From assembly GCA_036172245.1 (NCBI GenBank), contig JAYWIR010000107.1:124001-175610 (forward strand): a stretch of 51,610 bases of DNA, read 5' to 3'. The notes beneath the pieces are model-generated. The model was given only the letters and a program-made list of their open reading frames with translations, was not told the DNA's origin and made no database searches. The stretch's first letter is position 1. The number at the start of each line of letters is the position of its first letter. Positions 47,028 through 51,610 of this stretch are shown piece by piece. The translations under genes were made by a program, and so were the position numbers. This DNA is from Raillietiella orientalis (taxonomy: Eukaryota).

Positions 47028-48580
47028 TTGCCACCCGGATACGCAGGGACGTTTATTAAAAACATTTCATCGGTCTATACAGAACGTGGTACAAGGCCCT
47101 ACTGACGGCCACGCAATACCGGAACTGCCGGGACACCGGGACGCAGCCCGGTGTGGCTCTCCTCGGCAGTGGAGGGGGATGGGGGAAAAAACAAAAATAA
47201 AATAAAAGAGAAAAACAAACCACAAAAAAAACTTTGGAGGGCCGGGAAGGGATCACAGAAAACGGCTAAGAGCGCCCATCCTTTCCAGGATGCCTTCTAG
47301 TTTTATTTTCAGCTTTCCTAGATGGGGCCATCGGGTAGCTCTCTGCAGTAAGCGAGAAGCATACTCGATGACGTCCCTCACGATGCAGTCTTCATCTTCG
47401 GTATCACTCCAGGCCGCCACGATACCACGAATGCAGCAAAGTGCTGCCAGGGCAGAGGCTGGACTGAGGGCGTCCCGCACGAAGACAAGACTGAAGACAC
47501 ATCCAACATTGCCACAATCCGGTATCCGGAGGGCCGTTTTCAGACGATCCCAAAGAATCTGGACGGCAGGGCATTCAACTAAGAGGTGGGGGAGCGACTC
47601 TCGCTCCCCACATCTGGCACACGCATGATTTACTCTTCCCCGCGTCCAGTGGAAGCTGCGCGCGTTGCAGGGTAGACCCCAATGCAGCCACGGAAGCGCC
47701 GATTCTTGCCACTTCAAAGGAAGAATCCTGGATCCAAGTAGAACCGTGGGCCACTTCAAGTCATCCAATCGAATGCCGAGCAGCTCGCCCCATCTTCCTA
47801 ATCCACGCGGCTGGAGACTAGGGGTCGTTGCATCTGTCAACTCTCCCATGGTCCAGCCGCTCATCATCTTCTCTCTGCCTGCGATACGGCAGCAGACATG
47901 CCACCTTGGCTTCCGGCTTCCGTGAAGCGCCCTTTGGAGGAAGGGCATCGCCGTAACAAGGGGTGTGCCTTCCGCTTACGTGCAACTCGGTGGAAATTCA
48001 AGAATTTCACGGAGAGTGCGGCGGGCGTAAAAGCCGACTCGCAGGCAGTTCATCCGGTCTTCGTAGCTCTGGTTCTGCTTGGCCCAGGTGCCAGCAGTCT
48101 CTTCCAGCCAAGCGGAGGAGTTGGCAGGTCCACAAACCATCCAGTCGTTCTCCTTTGCCAGGGTTGCCATGCGGCCGAGCAGTAGACGGCATCTTCGAAT
48201 CTTCCTGCCAGGGCACAGAAGAAACGATGCGAGTCTTTCGCAGCGGGACACACGCCTAACGAGGAGGCGTGCCGGAATGCACCAAGTGGTGCTTCACATC
48301 TTTGCTGCGATGGCGAGGGTCCGCCATCGCAGCTATATTTCCACGCGCTCCAGCGTCAGGATGCTGAGACCGCCGTCCCGACGCGGAGCGCACAAGTCCT
48401 TCAAAGGGACTCGGGGCCTCCCTTTGCCCCAAAGAGCTATGCGGAAGAGGTCCTTCGTCCGCTTTTTTGATTCCACGGGGGCGGGGCAAACAAAAAGCAA
48501 GGCGCGGAGGATGGGGGCCGCGAAGGCGTTTTAAACCGCGGCCCGTTCCGGCAAGGGAAACTTGCCTTCCAGGAACGGGC
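47028..48580 (-). mobile_element. Family D copy D4, 5'-truncated
   Basis: Colinear with 3392-4938; ORF 47253..47948 zinc-finger C-terminus. Confidence 0.9.
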
Positions 48581-51550
48581 TGGCTGCGAAGGCTTGAGGA
48601 ATGACCGGAACTATCTCCACGCCCGGCGATTCTCCTACAAGCGCGACGTCAATCGCCTGGCGAAGTTCAAGGTTGGAGCTGAGAGGCAGGTCTGGTAATT
48701 CTTGTCTGTCTGCTTACTTGACGAAGAAGGCCAAGAGCACTTATCTCCAGCGCAGGTTTGATGCATTTTGCGAGATATCTGCTCCTTCTTTACGCAAATA
48801 GAACACCAGAGCGCTTTTTTGCGCAGAGTCTGCTGCCAAAGGGTGCCCCCGCGTTAAGGGGGGAGGAACCACACACCGTTCAACTGGTATTTACGATGGG
48901 GGAGATTGTCTTCGCCATCGAAAAACTGGAAAAGAACAAAGCACCAGAGGAAGACGGCCTTCCAGCTGAATTCTACCAACACTTTGCGGCAGAGTTGGCT
49001 TCCCTGGTGCTCAAATTGTGTTTGCCAATCCTTGAACGCGGGGTTGTCCCCAATTCGTTCCAGTCAGCTAGAGTACGTCTCCTACCTAAGGGAGGAGACT
49101 TGCGCAACTTTGGCACCTGGCGTTCCATCACTGTGGTGAATGCGGACGCAAAGTAGCTCTTGAAATTCTGGGCTGAGCGTCTGGGACGGGTAGCGGAATC
49201 CGTGGTCAGTCCGGAACAGACTTACGCTGTTCCCGGAAGAACCGTGGAGGCCAACCTGTTCCTCGCCGGAACCTTTTGGCAGTTGCAACAACGCGAGGCT
49301 CGGCTAGGTCGGGAAAGTCCTGGACTCTTTAATGACCTGGGGGAGGGAAGCCAGGGAGAGGAGGCGGCGCCTGGAGCCATTGCGGTCGCAGTCGATTTGC
49401 GTAAAGCTTTCGATTGCGTCAACCAGGAGCTCCTTCTGGAGCTACTAAAACGCCAAAGTTTCCCTGCCGTCTTCCTGGCGTACCTGCGTTCCTGCTGGCG
49501 CTTTGCGCTAATTAACATCAAATTCAGCAACCGGCATGTGTACGGCGTGCCGGTTCGTTGCAACATTCTGCAGGGTGACAGCCTGAGCCCCCTGCTCTTC
49601 AGCATCTACTTCGAGTTGGTGCCGAGCTCTTGTCCTGCACGTTTGCTGTGTCGGCTTATGCCGACGACCTTTGGCTTCTGTTTCACGGATCCACCCCGGC
49701 ATCGGCGCTTGAAGATTTCTTTGAGTAGCTGCACCGTAAGACAGGCCTTGAGGTAAACAGGACGAAGTCGTCGTTAGTTCTAACGGACACATCGCGAACA
49801 GCACGGTCGGAATGGATCCGCTTGGGGATCCCCACAGGCGGGTACATCAAGTACCTGGGCGTTCCGTTTGGGGACTTCTGCGCTGCAAAAGCGTGGTTCG
49901 ACCGTCTCCAAAAGGTGGAGTTGGCTATCGGCCCGTTCCGGGACAGCAAGTTTTACTTGCAGGAACGGGTTGCGGTGTGGAACGCTTTTGCGGCCCCCCT
50001 TTTCCGCCCCCTACTTTATGTATGTGCCATACCTCCTTAAATTCGACAAAGGACAAGGAGCCTCATTAGAAAAGCCCTCTGGGGCAATCGGAGGCCCCGC
50101 GTCCGTCTTAAAGACTTGTGCGCTCCACTCAGGGACGGTGGAGCTGGTCTCCTGACGCTGGAGCGCATGGAGCGACAGCTCCAATTCCGTAAACTTGCCC
50201 TTGTGGCAAAGTACTGGACCGTACCCTGGTGTGCACCTTTACGACTCCTGGCTCACAGGGCAACCGGCTGCCATGGATTGACCTCAATCCTAGTAGCCAA
50301 CGACCGCAGCCTCAGCCACTGTGGTTTTCAGCTGCAAGAATTGGTTGCCCTGCTGAGAGACAATCCGTGGTTCTCCTGCATCCCAGTGGACTGGACTACC
50401 TGGCTCCAGGAAACCGTTTCCGCATGGGCTAAAATCAACGGCTCCAGCGATGAGGACTTCTGCCTCCGTAGAGGCAGGCACGCTGATCAGCCACTGCAGG
50501 AGATCGTTAGCAGCCCACGGAAGATTCTGTTGGCCTCCTTTACCCCTCTTGCCCCGGTGCTGCCCTCCCTCAGGGAAGTTCGGAACAGCCAGCAGGAGGC
50601 TTCGTGGGAAGTGTTCTGCATCATGAAAGGCAGGAAATAATTATTAAAGGCATGGACGTATCGGGAACTAGCGGACCTTAGTACCCCGAGTGTCCTGCCA
50701 AATGGACTTTCACGCTGGTTCGCGCTGCCCGAAGTACCTCCAAAGGAGGTGAAGTTGCCAAGGCGTCGTGGGATAACGGCACCCTTCCCCTGCAGTTGCA
50801 GGAGACGGCGTTGCTTCTGCTCCATTAGGGACTGCTAAGAAGTGCGCGCTTGTCTCACTGGACACAGGGGAGTGTGGATGCTAATTGTTTAGACTGTGGG
50901 GAAAGAGAAACCTTTCCTTACTTAATCACTGAGCGCGTTGCCCTTCGCGATATGTGGGTCCGACTCTCGTCGATCGTGAACATTCCGCGTGGTTACCCAA
51001 AGAACATTTTTCGACTCCTGATGCGGGATGTTTCTCCAGATTCCGGGTGTGTAGCAGTGCTCTTTTGTATTTGCGGTATACTGGACAAGTGAACCGCGTC
51101 AAGGAGAGGACATGCCAGTCGGAATGCTATCCACTGGGCAACCATCTCCTTGGATAAGGCCTGCGGTTGGTGCCGACTAGGAAAACACTTACAAGCACTC
51201 GTCCGCATCCGTGACCGGATGCTGAGGCCTCCTCACGGCGTACCGTGATTCCTTCCCTTCCCTCCCCCTTTCGAATAACATTGCCCCCTTAGGCGTTTTC
51301 TTTTTTTTTTTTTTTAATTTTTGGTTTTCCTTGCCCCTACGCGAGTATAGAGGACTTTATCGGCCTTCGGGTTGGCAAGAACAAGTGCCGGAAGACATTC
51401 GGGCCATATGTTCCGACTTAAAAACAAGAACAACAAGTACAAAAAAAACAAACAAACTATGAAATGTTTTTGTGTATCAATATGAAATGTTTTTGTGTAT
51501 TTTGAAAAAATTTTAATAATGAAAGCCCCGGCTCACCCGGGTCGAAAAAA
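48579..51550 (+). mobile_element. LINE 3' half beginning exactly at the linker target site; interpreted as the 3' half of family A
   Basis: Starts AG(C)EGLRNDRNYLHARR; KAPEEDG, KAFD, QGDSLSP, YADD, KYLG, CLDCGERE; stop ~51246-51248; CCCGGCTCACCCGGG then A6. Confidence 0.85.
51458..51500. repeat. 20-bp direct repeat in 3' UTR
   Basis: TATGAAATGTTTTTGTGTAT at 51458 and 51481. Confidence 0.85.
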
Positions 51551-51610
51551 TCCACTGTTGAAAATGTCAACAGCATGGGGAGGAAACCGGCGGAGCGTCC
51601 GTAATCGAAA

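Noticed and set aside
3392..48580. Repeated ~220-bp blocks (3392, 36646, 38917, 47028) as LTRs or DIRS-type terminal repeats
   Set aside because: They are 3' UTRs of separate 5'-truncated D copies; no integrase, protease, tyrosine recombinase or PBS is present.
1..51610. Numerous 60-380 aa alternative-frame and antisense ORFs in the ORF track
   Set aside because: They are shadows of GC-rich LINE ORFs or run across element junctions (e.g. 37669..38814, 44335..45027, 593..877); no independent domain evidence.
1..51610. Prokaryotic RT systems (group II intron, retron, DGR)
   Set aside because: APE domain, CCHC ORF1, C-terminal zinc finger and AATAAA indicate eukaryotic L1/Tx1-type LINEs.

Overview
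The whole window is a eukaryotic, GC-rich retrotransposon cluster with no recognisable host gene. It consists of about 20 segments of non-LTR retrotransposons of the L1/Tx1 type. Each element has ORF1 (RRM-like region plus two tandem CCHC zinc knuckles) and ORF2 (APE endonuclease, reverse transcriptase, C-terminal CxxC..H..C). I distinguish seven families, labelled A, B, C, D, F, G and H for this report only. All copies carry stops or frameshifts. The junctions are not random: the elements form a Russian-doll nest in which an inserted element lies antisense to its host at a specific sequence in the host's coding region. A(+) is split at the EN-RT linker (TTCGGCGA) by D(-). D is split at the homologous site by B(+). 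B is split at the RT 'KAFD' motif by tandem C(-) elements with a 14-bp target-site duplication CACAARGCGTTCGA seen three times. An inner nest F(+) > G(-) > H(+) occupies the centre. Families other than H share a 3'-terminal CCCGG/CCGGG-type hairpin instead of a poly(A) tail; most also show a TAATG/TGATG ORF1-ORF2 overlap, an EN shortened in the target-recognition loop region, and (B, C, D) a covarying 3' UTR structure. The best candidate for an undescribed system is therefore a guild of sequence-specific LINEs that target each other's ORF2 in antisense, possibly marking centromeric or heterochromatic DNA. Boundaries were read by eye and are accurate to a few bases at sharp junctions, less so elsewhere.
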